Assembly (NCBI GenBank): GCA_951406725.2 | Contig: OX597818.1 | Coordinates: 146,072,001 to 146,136,000, forward strand | DNA: 64,000 bases | Direction of reading: 5' to 3' | From: Octopus vulgaris | Taxonomy: Eukaryota | Part shown: piece after piece, positions 11,565-25,234 of the stretch | Position numbering within the stretch: the first letter of the stretch is position 1 | How the letters are laid out: every line of letters starts with the position of its first letter | The notes under the pieces: model-generated | Seen by the model: only the letters and a program-made list of their open reading frames with translations | Told to the model about the DNA's origin: nothing | Databases searched by the model: none | Translations under genes and position numbers: made by a program

Positions 11565-12819
11565 ACACATCTGTCAACTTGTTGATGAGTATGACCATCA
11601 CTGACAAATTATCTTATCCTAGATATTAAAGAAATGACCGTCAACAATGCCTGTGCTACAATTAAAGTCAATAACAACAAAGGCAGGTTGTCCAGAAACA
11701 TGCAAGAGCAATGAGGCGGGTGTTATATGGGAATTTCCTTCTCCTAGAGAGATGTCTAAGCAAAACCTAAGGGTCTTTCAGTCCCTCCTGTAGGACGGAC
11801 GTTGATTCTGCTGAGTTCATGTACCCTTTCACAGAATTTGCGTTTCGTTTTGCAGGCGGTCCAACGAAAACCATCCTCCTTACCAAGCAGGCTCGGCTGG
11901 GTTGGGTTGCCGGTTCAAGTTGCCAATGGCCCGACGAAGGAACAGTTTGTACTGGGTTACATGATAACAGTAGCACTAAGAGTGATGAAACGTGCACCCA
12001 AACAGAGGCGCGCGGACACACACACACACAACCCCACACATGCACACACATACACAAATAGCTGCATACATAGGGTGATACACACACGTACACACATACA
12101 CGCACGCACGCACACACACACACACACATAAATAAATGTTTATGAGTTTGCATGTGTACGCATTGTCCTGTCCCCAAAGATACTAAAATGAATATTGTAA
12201 TAGTTTACTAAGAGATCTAATGCAGTGTGAACCGAAAGCATTAAGTAAATATAATTAATGTATGAAAATAATATATAGAAGGTAAAATGAACATTTTGAG
12301 ATGGAAACGAAAAAAATAAACGAGTGAAGAAACTGGTGTTTGTCAGAGAAATGATGGTTGGCGTTTGGAATGATTGAAAGTCGGAATGGTAAAGACGTGA
12401 TATTTTCAACCTAAATCACCAGCAGCAAAATAAATACGCAGAATCACAAAGGCATACACGGAGAGACACTCCATGCACATGCGTGTGGTGTGCACACACA
12501 CACATGCACGCGTGCGCATACACACATGCACCCACGCACGCACGCACTCACTCACACATACACGCACTGACACATACGCACACAGGCACGCACTCATGCA
12601 CTCATGCACACGTACACTTATTGACATCCTCACATGCACACAAAAAACATACAGATACACATTCACACTCACACTCAGAACATTTTATAAAAACACGTTC
12701 AATCGTATATACCTGTATACCCACTCGCACTCATACACCATATACGTATGCATATATAAAAAGGTAAAAAAACACATCTAACGATTTTGATCGGACACAA
12801 ACAATACACTTCAATAATC

Positions 12820-13080
12820 ATCTATATTTATGCATATCTATTATACAAAATCCATTCTGTCTGTCTGTGTGTGTCTCTTCTAGGATATCGGGCATCCTCC
12901 ATCTGATTGCGCTCAAATTTGATATGTAGGTACCGACGGTATCAGGGCGTGTATAAGTCTTGAAAAAATTTAAAAATCGATTCCAGGTGAGAATGCGATC
13001 GATAAAGCCGTTTTTGTCCTGCTTTTCTTCCGTCAACCTGTACACAACTGCACCTTCCATTTTTTGTTGTTTTTGTACTG
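12820..13080 (+). mobile_element. Non-autonomous Helitron-like 5' fragment
   Basis: TCTAT..ATACAAAA..(CTGT)n..CTGATTGCGCTCAAATTTG layout resembling HINE/DINE-like elements. Confidence 0.5.
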
Positions 13081-13503
13081 CTTAAAGGCACGTTTCTTTC
13101 CTGCCAAGCCTACTGTTTAAACCATGTTTGTGTTCTCCCAGTCAACAGCCTTATCATTACTGGTACTTTAAACTCTTCGGTTGCATATTTGTGTCAATAA
13201 AATCGTTTATCTTTGGAATAGAAAAAAAGGCTATCTTTATTTCTTCTTTTGCTAGTGTCTCAAATTTAGGTTAAATCAGTGTTTCTCAAAGGGGAGACCT
13301 ATGTGACGATCGGACAAGTTGTTTTGACAAAATTTGGTTTAAATGTTTGACAACTCAGCACCGTCCATTGGACGGGGGTGGCGTTTTGCTCTTATATATA
13401 TTTATGCACACACACACACACACAATTGCAGCGTGGAAGATGTTTATAAGCCATTTAAGAACACACAAAAAACCATTAGATTCACTTCAACATTTAAATT
13501 TAA

Positions 13504-13556
13504 TTTGTGGCAAAATATTTTCGTCGCTTTCAAACCTCGACCTGTTCACTGACAAA
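13504..13556 (-). ncRNA. Hammerhead-like ribozyme with G3-C8 swapped core (variant H)
   Basis: Minus strand TTTGTCA-GTGAACA-G-GTCG...CGAC-GAAA-ATAT-TT-TG(CC)ACAAA; cassette ~13425-13562 abuts a (CA)n array. Confidence 0.6.
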
Positions 13557-15206
13557 ACTTCGAACGAGTAGGTAATTTTGTAGCGTGTACAATACATTCA
13601 TTCATTGTATTAGATGTCCATTTTGTTGCGAGCAGGCATGAACATCCTATCGGCCATCCTACTCTTGGCATAATAGAACATTTATGGTCTGACAGGTGTG
13701 GGAGAGATAGAGCCGCAACAGCAACTGGCTAGTACTCATTACAGCTGAGTAGGACAGGTGATAAGCTTCACTAAGATTTTAGGCGCATCAAACCTCCTGG
13801 TTGTTGCTCAAACTCAGGTCAACTCTGACTGAGCAGACATATAACACTGTGTAACACGATTTTTGTTCTTGGGTAGCAACTGTTATTTCCTATTTTGCTT
13901 ACAACTAGAAAGTGTGAAAAATGGCTATATTTTCTCCAAACTTTGCTTTTGTTACATTTATACAAACCCTGAAGAATCCCTCTCAATACAAGGCTATGAT
14001 GCACTTCCACTACTCCTGCTCATGATCAGAGATGTTTATATTGTCAGCTACTAAAGGACATGCCCAAGTGGTTACGGTCAGGCAACTGACAAGCAAATCT
14101 GAGGTATTAGGCAGAATATTTGCTATAATGCTATTTCTGCTTCAGCAAATCACCGCTGAATCTTTCAGAAATGTAATGGGAAATAGGTCAGTTTCAAAAC
14201 ATTGACATCCAGGTTACAAAAGCAAAGTTTGAAGGGAATAATAGTAATTTCCTTTGATTACTAGATAGAAGCAAGCAGGAAATAACATTTATTAGCCAAA
14301 AACAAAAATAAATAAATAAAATAGAAAATAAAAATTTTGTTGCACAGTGTAATCGGAGACATTCTAGACGTGACCATTCCTACTTATGATTATGACTATA
14401 TTATCTAACGTTTTCTTTCCTCTTATTCCTTTGCCTCTCCAAAGCATTTTTATAAGTTTGTCCTAAATGTCCACGCTTGTTTTCAGACTTTTAATTAGCC
14501 TTTGTTTCATATATTTTGAGTGATAAAAAGCTTTCTTTTCATGAATACTAAGTTACTCTGCTAGTTAAAAAAAATGGGAATATCTATCATATATGATGCA
14601 TAGAACAGGCAGATTTTAAAGGGAGATTTGGCTACTATTTTTGCAGACCAAATGATCAGGTAAAAGCTCCAGACGTTTTGGTATTTTGAAATACGGTGTA
14701 TTACAAATACTTATTTCCCTTTGCTTTTACGTCCAAGTTACTACTTGGAAATAACAGTTGTGGAATATGAACAGGTGTCGAGCTGTCATAGTGTTTACTG
14801 CTTCACTAGATCGGAGTTATTTTCTCCTCATAACGCCATTTACTACTAACGTTGCGCTGCAAGTTTCTTGCCATCTTTTATCAATGTCTTTTCAAGCATT
14901 AGTAATTTTGAGAAACAAACAATGCTTTTCTTGAATTGTATTTTAAAGGTTTCAACGATGCTGAACTGGGCAGTAACGTGTGCATAAACGTATGTATGTG
15001 CTAATGCATTAAATGTTTAAATGTGTCTGTGTATAATGATTTATCTTTTAGCCATAAACACTACGATGGTGGGGATAGTGTGGAAGTCTCAGAAGAAATG
15101 TGACGGTGTTGAATTTATGCCTTAGCATTATTTAGTTTCGTTCCTCTATTTATCATCACGTCTACAAACAGTTATATATACACACACATACACACATACA
15201 TATATA

Positions 15207-15273
<67 letters not shown>

Positions 15274-15287
<14 letters not shown>

Positions 15288-15533
15288 GTGTATATGTATG
15301 TATGTATGTGTATATGTATGCATGTATGTATGCATGCATGTATGTATGCATGCATGTATGTATGTATGTATGTATGTATGTATGTATGTATGTATGTATG
15401 CATGTATGTATGTATGTATGTATGCATGTATGTATGTATGTATGTATGTATGTATGTATGTATGTATGTATGTATGTATGTATTTATGTATGTATGTATG
15501 TATGTATTTTATGTATGTATGTATTTATGTATG
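15274..15533 (+). repeat. (TATG)n microsatellite preceded by (TA)n
   Basis: Explains MYVC/HTYI ORFs. Confidence 0.97.
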
Positions 15534-15642
15534 TAATCATTACTAGTGATGGAAGCAGAAGTGGTTCAGAATATCATTTTGCAAATCTTATTTATCATGC
15601 ATATTCTGTAGAAAGCCAAAATACTGCACTATTCGTCTAGAG

Positions 15643-16002
15643 CAGTGGTTCCCAAAGTGGGAGCTACTGCCCCCTGTGGGCGGCGGAAAGATCAAGAAAG
15701 GTGTTGAAGAAAAGTGGAGTGATAATAGGTTGGTCAAAAGGGGGCGATGGATATAACCCCACACACACACATACACACAACCAGTAATAGGTTAATTACT
15801 CTTTTATTTGTTTCAGTTGTATGACTGCGGCCATCGTACTTTTTCTAGTACCTTCTAGCCGAGTACTTTTTCTATCGGTTTCTTTTGCCGAACCACTAAG
15901 CTACAGAGCCATAAACACACCAACATCCAGTCAGGGTCTGGAGCAACTAACACAGACACACAAATACATACATACAAATACATAAATATGCATATACATA
16001 CA

Positions 16003-16034
<32 letters not shown>

Positions 16035-16369
16035 CACACACACACACATATATATACGACGAGCTTCTTTCAACTTCCATCTACTAAATCCACTCACAAG
16101 GCTTTGGTCAGCCCGAGGCTACAGTAGAAGACACTTGACCGAAGTGTCACGCAGTGGGACTGAACCCAGAGCCATGTGGTTGGGAAGCAAGCTTCTTACT
16201 ACACAGCCACTCCTGCTAGGTTAAGTTATATTTGTGAAATACTGCTTTTTAAAATTTGCTGCAGAAAGTTGTCTATGTTTGTGGTGCTAAGTGTGTTTGT
16301 GTGGGAGGGACTAAGAATCTGGGTCACGTGTCAAGGGGGCAGCAACCCGAAAAAGCTTGGGAATCACTG
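15643..16369. mobile_element. hAT (Charlie-like) MITE with nested SINE
   Basis: TIRs CAGTGGTTCCCAA / TTGGGAATCACTG; 8-bp TSD GTCTAGAG / CTCCAGAG (2 mismatches). Confidence 0.8.
15796..16216 (-). mobile_element. SINE family B nested in the hAT MITE
   Basis: Family B head and tail; TSD TAGGTTAA at 15788-15795 and 16217-16224. Confidence 0.88.
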
Positions 16370-16692
16370 CTCCAGAGAGAGTTTCTCGTATGGACGTATA
16401 ATGTTAAACAGCAAAGAAAAATAGCAGCAGACAAAAAGTGTCCAGTAACAGCGATGAAATTGCAAAATCTAGATTTCTGTGTCTTTGCAGGTCATCAGTA
16501 GCAAGTGTCCACTATCAGTCGCAAGCTTAGACAAAGGAACGTGTGTAACTCGATGCAGAGCACATAGCTTCACTCGTAAAGCACCATATTTTCGATTTCT
16601 TCATATCCTTCGCCGATATGCATCGGGAAAAGATATATGCGTATATACAAATGAATATTTACATACATACAAACAGAGCATTTATACAGACA

Positions 16693-16893
16693 TGCAAGGG
16701 GGTGCTGAAAAGTTCCTGGCTTTGGGTAGAAGAAAATACTGGAGGATCGTTTAATTGCGATTTTATTTAACAGATTCCTCTCTCAGATTCACAGTTATTG
16801 CAGCGGTCCTTCAGTTTTTCTAATCCCTGTAAAAGTACTCGGAAGATTGAGCCTCCAACCAGGCCTTTCACGAAACCCTTAAAGCAAAGAACT
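16693..16893. mobile_element. Mariner-derived MITE
   Basis: GGGGGTGCTGAAAAGTTCCTGGCTTT end with partial inverted partner AAAGCAAAGAACTT. Confidence 0.6.
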
Positions 16894-17404
16894 TATAACA
16901 TTATGCGCACATAAACATAAGGTGAGATTCTGCACAGTTTCCATCAACCGATGGAATGGTAGAAAGCATTTGCCCAAGGTTCAAACCGTGTCACTACGCC
17001 TGTGATCACATTAATGTGAAAGGAACTGCCTAACTACACCGCCATAGCTAAAATTTTCTTTACGAGTAACCAGATACAATGTTAAGTGTATGTAAAAGAA
17101 ACCAACAACAACAAAATAACAACAAAACCGAGTACAACTAGAACCACTCACCGTTATTTTAGAATTACGTAATAAACTTTATTTTTACATACTGTAGGAT
17201 TGTTATTCAGTTATTTATACATAAACGCAAACAAGTACATGTACACATATATACACATATGCACATATATATACACGTAAACAAACAAACAGTTGACAAA
17301 CGCATCGCCTTTTTTTTATAGTTCTCACTACAAAAGAAACCGAACGAGGAAAATTGTGATTTATCTGTTCATAGAACTGCTTATCTTTTCTCGTATCTAT
17401 AATA

Positions 17405-17720
17405 CCCGAGCAGCTAAACCCGGTTTCACCCGGTCGGTTTGGATGATGTGGCTATAAAACCTGCTCTGTGTAAGCATTCGACTTGTTTGGGCACGTCTAC
17501 GTTAAAAACAATTTTAGGATGACTTTTTTCTGTCAAAACGCTAAAAATAACTGACCAAACAAAAAAGCAACCAAGATTCAACCAAATAAAAAAAAAAAAA
17601 CCCAAATACTAAGCGAACAAGGATGAACCGTCCCACTTCTATTGCGCGCGCACACGACACACACGCACAAACACAAACACACACACACATATACATTCAC
17701 ATATCCCCTTTTACATACAC
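17405..17720 (-). mobile_element. Non-autonomous Helitron-like element
   Basis: Minus-strand subterminal hairpin CCGGGTGAAACCGG followed by a degenerate CTAG (CTCG); internal (CA)n. Confidence 0.5.
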
Positions 17721-18104
17721 GCACATATATTCACACAGAGTTGAAACGCTGTTTGATTCATTTTTTCATCATACAATTTTCATCATTCTACTACCAAGTA
17801 TGACCCCTTCCTTTCTCATTCATGAACACAAGAGTATTATTATAGTAGATTATTTCGGTAACCATGGGAGCTATGAAATAAAATACAAATCCCAGCAACA
17901 CCACCGGATCATTCTTCACATCTGAGTAATTTTTCATGCAATTCAACCCAGTCGTTTTACCGTCAATCCCAAGACAAGAAAGAATCGCCCATGTCATATT
18001 TATATGTATAGATTTATTGTAGAACGTCTTTACATATTCATTTAAACTCAACAAATTGACAGTAACTAAAGTGGACTTCAAAGGTGCTTCCACATCACCT
18101 GATT

Positions 18105-18312
18105 ATAGAACAAGGCAAACAATTTTGAATGGGGATGGGGATTAGTCGATACTAGCGACACCTGTAGCCAACTTGTACATTAATTTATCAAACCTGAAAG
18201 AATGGAAGGCAAAGTTGGTTTCTGGGATTTGAACACAGAAAGAAAAGTGCCGAAAGAAATACCGTTAGTCATTTTTGTCCGATCCTTTTACTATGTTGCT
18301 TCTTCACCGCTC
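18105..18312 (-). mobile_element. Decayed SINE family A
   Basis: GAAAGAATGGAAGGCAAAGTTGG...ATTTGAAC, reverse complement of family A core. Confidence 0.65.
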
Positions 18313-19330
18313 TATGTCAATTTATAACTTAGGTATAAGGTTAATAATTTGGGCCGGGCGTTCGTTGTTTCATTGGGTCTTGTGTACTTAACTGGCAGAC
18401 TTCCAACCAATTTAAGAAGAATGACAAGCAGTATTAACTTCAATGGTATACGAATGCAAAATCTAAACTGCCGGAACAAATACCACGATTAGTTTGTCCG
18501 ACGTTAACAATTCTGTCAATTCACTCTTTATTAATTACAGCTATCATTTTCTTTTTAGCATTGGCACACAATAAGGGAAAGGGTAATAATCGATTATATC
18601 GACTCCAGAATAATAATAGATATCAGGGTCAGAAGTTCGAATCTCAAAATAATATAGAAACTGGTGTGATAACTACGATTCCCAAATATATTTTACTTCA
18701 TCTCTCCAGATGAAGTCAAGTGTATTTTATGGCTCAGTTGTGGGCTGCATCAATGCTTACAGAAGTTTAACAGAGAGGATGGATGCTGATATACATTAGA
18801 ATATCTGCATCTACAACCAGATTTACTCCTTAAATAAGTGAAACGAGCATACCCCAAAGAGGAAGTAAAGCGAAAGAACGAGAAAAAAAGAATGTGTTGT
18901 GGTATATGATGTGTTGTGTATGTTTGTTGAAGGGAGGTGGTATGATGGAGATGTGAAGTAATTTGGTCCGCAGTCATGAAGCCCCTATCCGATCCCACTG
19001 TATCTGGTGTTATGACATCACTTTCTTTTTGTTTTGTCTTATTACCACAGCCTTAATCTTAGAGGTCGATCCAAACTTTATTTCTAAAGTTGGACCCAAG
19101 GAAATTGTTTGCAGGTCCTTCGGATCGACTGTACGTATAACGAAAGAGTCAGCTTTGTGTCACACACACACACTGTCTCACTGATTATACTTGAGTATTA
19201 CATGAGTAGGTCGTTCAGTCGATCTTACAACCGAAATAATAATCATCAAAACCGACGGAACATCCATTTATTATTTTTGCTATGTGTACGTGTGTGTTTG
19301 AGAGCGTTTGTGTGTTTCTGTGTATTTGTG

Positions 19331-19375
<45 letters not shown>

Positions 19376-19739
19376 TCATTAAGGATGGCGAAAAATCCTC
19401 TGAGATATCAACAAATTGCAAAAGATGAAAACAAAATCGAACGGACCAGACATACCAAATAAAGACTAAAATAGATATTATGAAGACCCTAATTAATATA
19501 TATGTATCCCCCGCGACGAACGTTGTTTATAAAGAAAGTAGAGGAAAAGGTATATAAATAGTATGTTCTGGTGTTAGATTTCAGAAATACGAGGCTGGAA
19601 ATCAATTATAGAGTTCTTAAATATTGAAACTATTGGGAATAGGGATAAACATTAAAAAGAACTGCATTTGCAATCTGTTCCAGACTGGAACACCTGCATT
19701 TTTGCATTCTGTGTATGGGATGCATTCAACTAGTCAGGT

Positions 19740-20818
19740 GCTCTATTTGTTGTGAACACCACTACGTTGAGATCTAGACATTGCGTGGGTGTTGATGCGG
19801 AGACATGCACTGAGGTTGCAACATCTCCAGTGTTTCCTTGACCATGAGCAAGTGCGGTCGCCATTTGTCAGACTGGCTTTTCCACAGCTCGCCTCTTTTA
19901 CAGTCCTGGATCAAGTAAAGACGAAGACCGAAGTAGGGTGTCTGATACCCAGAGTGATGTCAAGCGCTCACAACTCCCTGGAATGCTGTCGGTGGAAGTT
20001 CCGCTTTGAAGTTCTATAGAAGGTCAGTGGCGAGCAAGAGTGACGACATTTCCGATAGAACTCTGGGTGTCGGCGAGAATTCAGGGCCTATGGATAATTC
20101 AGAAGTCTTTGGCTTGGCAGTGCTACAGAATGACATTGTCCATTTGAGATAAACTCTTATGAAAGTAATGTCAGCCAGAAATGTCGGGGATGCGTGTTAG
20201 CGATGAAACAGGTATGCACGTATTTATTCAGTGTCCGAGAATTTCTGACCTGTGGAGTGATGTCGAACATCTGCTGTTACGTGTAGAACCGATCTGGCTA
20301 TCAGATTAATCCATTATAATGTTCGTGCTATTGCCTTTATTTCGCCGGGTAGGCAGTTTTATATGTTTGGTAGTCATACTGAAAGAAGTTGTAAAGTAGA
20401 CAAGACTGAAAGAGCTGAAGACCAGCACTTACCTCTTTGGACAAACTCTCATCAACCTTTTCAGGTGTTACGTGTAAAGAAAACTGAGGGTGGAGAAGGA
20501 AGTGTTACCTTCCAGCAAGTTCACTGAAAAGTAGATGGCCGTGGAGAACATGGTACCAATGAACAGGCCTGATCTATGTCTGTCTTTTTAAATAGGATGA
20601 GGACTAAACGGGGAGGGTGTATGCCTAAAAGATCAGGGTGACCGTATTTTTGTGGAATTTGTGGAATGCCTCGCACCTATTCAGGAATTATTATTATTAT
20701 TTTTCATTGTTAAAATTTTCTTGTTTCCTCATTATTTCTGTGCATCTGGGTACACAGACCTCTCTGTGTTTAACCGTTTAGAACCGTTAATGAAGACGAC
20801 CCCTGGGACCGATAAAAA
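19740..20818 (+). mobile_element. Tx1/L1-clade LINE 3' part (pseudogene) followed by (TTC)n
   Basis: PFVRLAFPQL, QKSLAWQCYR, CCHC-like CRGC..HVFIQCP, RKLRVEKEVLPSSKF motifs with stops. Confidence 0.75.
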
Positions 20819-20916
20819 TTTCTTCTTCTTCTTCTTCTTCTTCTTCTTCTTCTTCTTCTTCTTCTTCTTCTTCTTCTTCTTCTTCTTCTTCTTCTTCTTC
20901 TTCTTCTTCTTCTTCT
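20819..20916 (+). repeat. (TTC)n microsatellite
   Basis: Pure array of about 32 units. Confidence 0.97.
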
Positions 20917-20929
20917 AATTATTATCGTT

Positions 20930-21140
20930 CGAGCTAGCAGAATCGTTAGTACGATGGGCAAAATGCATAGCGGTATTTTGTCTGCCTTAATGTTTTGAGC
21001 CGAAATTTCGCCGAGGTCGGCTTTGCCTTTCATCCTTTCGGGGTCGATAAATTAAGTACTAGTGAAACACTGGGGGTCGATATAATCGACCAGTCCCCCT
21101 TCCCGCAAATTTCAGGCCTTGCGCCTTAAGTAGAAAGGAA

Positions 21141-21141
<1 letters not shown>
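20930..21141 (+). mobile_element. SINE family A (tRNA head plus MetaSINE-like core)
   Basis: GAGCTAGCAGAATCGTTAG...TTTGCCTTTCATCCTTTCGGGGTCGATAAA; (ATT)n tail. Confidence 0.88.
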
Positions 21142-21179
<38 letters not shown>

Positions 21180-21190
21180 CATTATTATTA

Positions 21191-21233
<43 letters not shown>

Positions 21234-21234
21234 T

Positions 21235-21425
21235 CGAGCTGGCAGAGTCGTTAGTACACCTGGCAAAATGCTTAGCGGTCCGTTTCTGCTTTCTGAGTTC
21301 AAACGCCATCGAAGTCGATTTTGCCGTTCATTCTTTTGGAGGTCGATAAAATAAGTATCAGTGGAACACTGGGGTTGATATAATCGATTTACACCCTTCC
21401 TGAAATTACTGGTTTTATGTCATTT
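21235..21425 (+). mobile_element. SINE family A
   Basis: Second adjacent copy after the (ATT)n array. Confidence 0.85.
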
Positions 21426-21917
21426 GAAGTCATTCATTGTTGTTATCCCGTTAGTGATCTTATTTGGGGATTATGTACAATGCTTAGATTTGATTTTACG
21501 TCATTTTTTTGCATCTTAATAAATTTACTTTACAAAAACGCATAACTGCACCTCTCTCTTATTGTGATATTTTATGTGTCTTTTATGTGTCCACTCTCAA
21601 TCGCAAGCTTAGACAAAGGAGTGTGTGTAACTCGATGCAGAGCACATAGTTTCACTCATAAAGCACCATGCACACACACACACGCTCACATGCATACACA
21701 CGCACACACACATAGGTATGTATGTATGTATGTATATATGTATGTATATATGTATGTATGTGCGTGTGTGTGCGTGCGTGAGTGTACATATGCGTGTGTG
21801 TACATATGCATGTACATATGTACGTACATATACTACACACACTACATACACACATACACACACTCATACATACATGATACTTACATCTATCCATCCATCC
21901 ATCCATCCATCCATACA

Positions 21918-21950
<33 letters not shown>

Positions 21951-22321
21951 GTATTCAGGACTAAGTTCTAGAGTGATGGTTGTGTCATTGCATTCTGTTT
22001 TATAATATCTCCAATTATTTGGAGGATCATTTCTGTCCTTTAATCTCTACATTCTAGCTCGTATCTCGACTTCTCTATATCTAAACTTAGATAATTTCTG
22101 AATTTCTTTCTGAAATGCTATATTATCATTTGTCAAAAGTGATATATCGAGAAGACATTTCTTATCCTGATAGTCTTTGACTGTACTATCTGGATGATTA
22201 ACCTTAATCTCCTTTTGTGCATGAATTATCTTCTTCCAGAATATGGATGCTTTGTTATATTCTTGGACCTATTGAAGCGTAGGCTCATTCCGTTTCTTTT
22301 CTGTCGATATTTTATAATTCT

Positions 22322-23108
<787 letters not shown>

Positions 23109-23114
23109 TAATAG

Positions 23115-23350
23115 TTTATCTTTTATCTTTCACTTGTTTCAGTCATTAGACTGCGACCATGCTGAGGCACCACCTTGAAGAATTTTTAGTCGAATGAATC
23201 GACCTCAGTACTTATTATCATTATTTTTCGCTTGTTTTGTAAGCCTGGTACTTATACTATTGGCCTCTTTTACCGAACCGCTAAGTTACGGGGATGTAAA
23301 CACACCAGCACTGGTTTTCAGGCGATGGCGGTGGATAAACACAAGGAACA
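23115..23350 (-). mobile_element. SINE family B 3' half
   Basis: TTGTTTCAGTCATTAGACTGCG...CCGAACCGCTAAGTTACGGG. Confidence 0.75.
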
Positions 23351-24989
23351 AGACACACAAGACCCGAAAATGATTTTTTGTTTTGTAGAGATTTTTTAAT
23401 TAAGACCAACTTCACATTTGATTCCCAGAACCTTTTTTTGTATGATTTTTTAAAAGAAAAATACCAAGTATTGTTTTCAACGGTTAGATTTAAATTACAT
23501 TGGTACCGTTTTCTTATTGGATATTTCTCGAAACTACTCGCCCTATGCTTCATATATGGAGTTATAATTAGCCAATCTATACAGATCTAAAAAGAGGAAG
23601 TTATCGATATTTTTATATTTTTATATCACCCCCCCCCCCCCACCGTTCATCTATTAGTTGCGGTTTAATAATTGACATGATTCCCATCACTTTTACACAG
23701 CGACAGGAACAAATAGGCATGAAACTCATACGTCCAACGTCTCTGCACTTTTTTAAATTCTAGTTTTTCTGCACTAATGAGTAATTTAATATTTGCGAAT
23801 TTTAAAATGAATTTATATACCGATGTACGAAACGATCATATGCATGAATAAACTTCTTACAACTTCTTAACATCTTATCTCATCCATTTTTAACAGATAT
23901 AATTAGATTTATAGAACTTCATTCTATAACTTAATCATACACTTAATATACTATATACTTACATATGTATATACGTATATATATACTTGTACGTATATAA
24001 ATACGCATGTAAATACATATATACATATATATATATATATACGTGTATGTAAAAATAAACACACACGCTCGCACACACACACATCCCCCACACATATGTA
24101 TATGTAAATATATGCATACACACACACATATATATACACAGTCAGTAACAAAAATCAGTCAATTTCTTGCAGTCAATTTCTTAATTTCTTTTTCCTTGTT
24201 ATAATTAAATTTCTCGCACAAGCACTGGTATCGTACGCATCTCATTACAACTGCGTTTTTATACCAATAATAACAAAATCTGCATTGGACACGGTATAAT
24301 AAATAAAAGTAGTAATATTACATTTACTTGGTTCCAAAAAATGAGTCTTCCGTGTATTGAAAAGAAAATCAGATTTCTTTTGTAATCTCTCTCGTTGTTG
24401 ATAATTGTCCCTAGATGCCTAGATGTAGACTATTTATACAAATAGCTGGTAAGACATGAGTCTGTTCTTCTGAGATGATGCCTTTGAGCTGATGGAGAAT
24501 TGATTGTTGCCACTCTTCAGTTTCCCCTCTTTAGAACTACCTACAGGTGACACACTGGGCCAGTCTATTACCTCCTCTTACGAAACACTGCCGTTGCTCG
24601 ATTAGAATGCGCGGGGTCATTGTCGAGTATAAACAGGGTACCTTGGCCAAAGAATTCTTAGTGACTGCCGTATGTTTTCTTCCAGGGTGTTGCAGTATTT
24701 ATCAGTCTCAATGATACCATCATCAATGATATGTAGACTGTCGACACTGAGCATATTGAACTGGACACAACCACATCTTCTCTACTGTGAGTCATAAGTA
24801 GGTGTGGAGCAGCTCTTAGCATTTGTTTCTTCAAGTGTCCACCCCACCTTTGGCTCACCATCAAATCTAAATAGGCAAAATTTTGTCTCATTGAGTTAAA
24901 GCACCTTATTCTAGAATACCTTAGCTTTGACCATGTGAACATTGGCGAACTCCAAACGGGTGTCTTTGTGCTGCTTCTTCAGCAGTAGT

Positions 24990-25203
24990 TTTCGTTGTGG
25001 TTGCTGGTCATGCAGACTCGAGGAGGAACACAGAGTGCGCGCCGAATGGTTTTCGCTGATGTCATGTAGTTAGTAACGTCAAACACTTCCAAAACAAGTT
25101 TTGATGCGTTTTTTCTGCGACCTTTAATGACCTTTCTTGTGGTCTGATGTGGTAGTCGCTCTGTGATTTTCTTTGAACATCCAGTACGGGCAGTCACAGG
25201 TTT

Positions 25204-25205
<2 letters not shown>
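24990..25205 (-). mobile_element. Tc1-like transposase fragment
   Basis: RTGCSKKITER...RRKNASKL...SAKTIRRAL resembles the Tc1 second HTH region. Confidence 0.55.

Positions 25206-25234
<29 letters not shown>

Noticed and set aside
22268-22290. GAAGCGTAGGCTC fragment resembling variant D stem II
   Set aside because: Lacks both core strands and flanking pseudo-LTR similarity.
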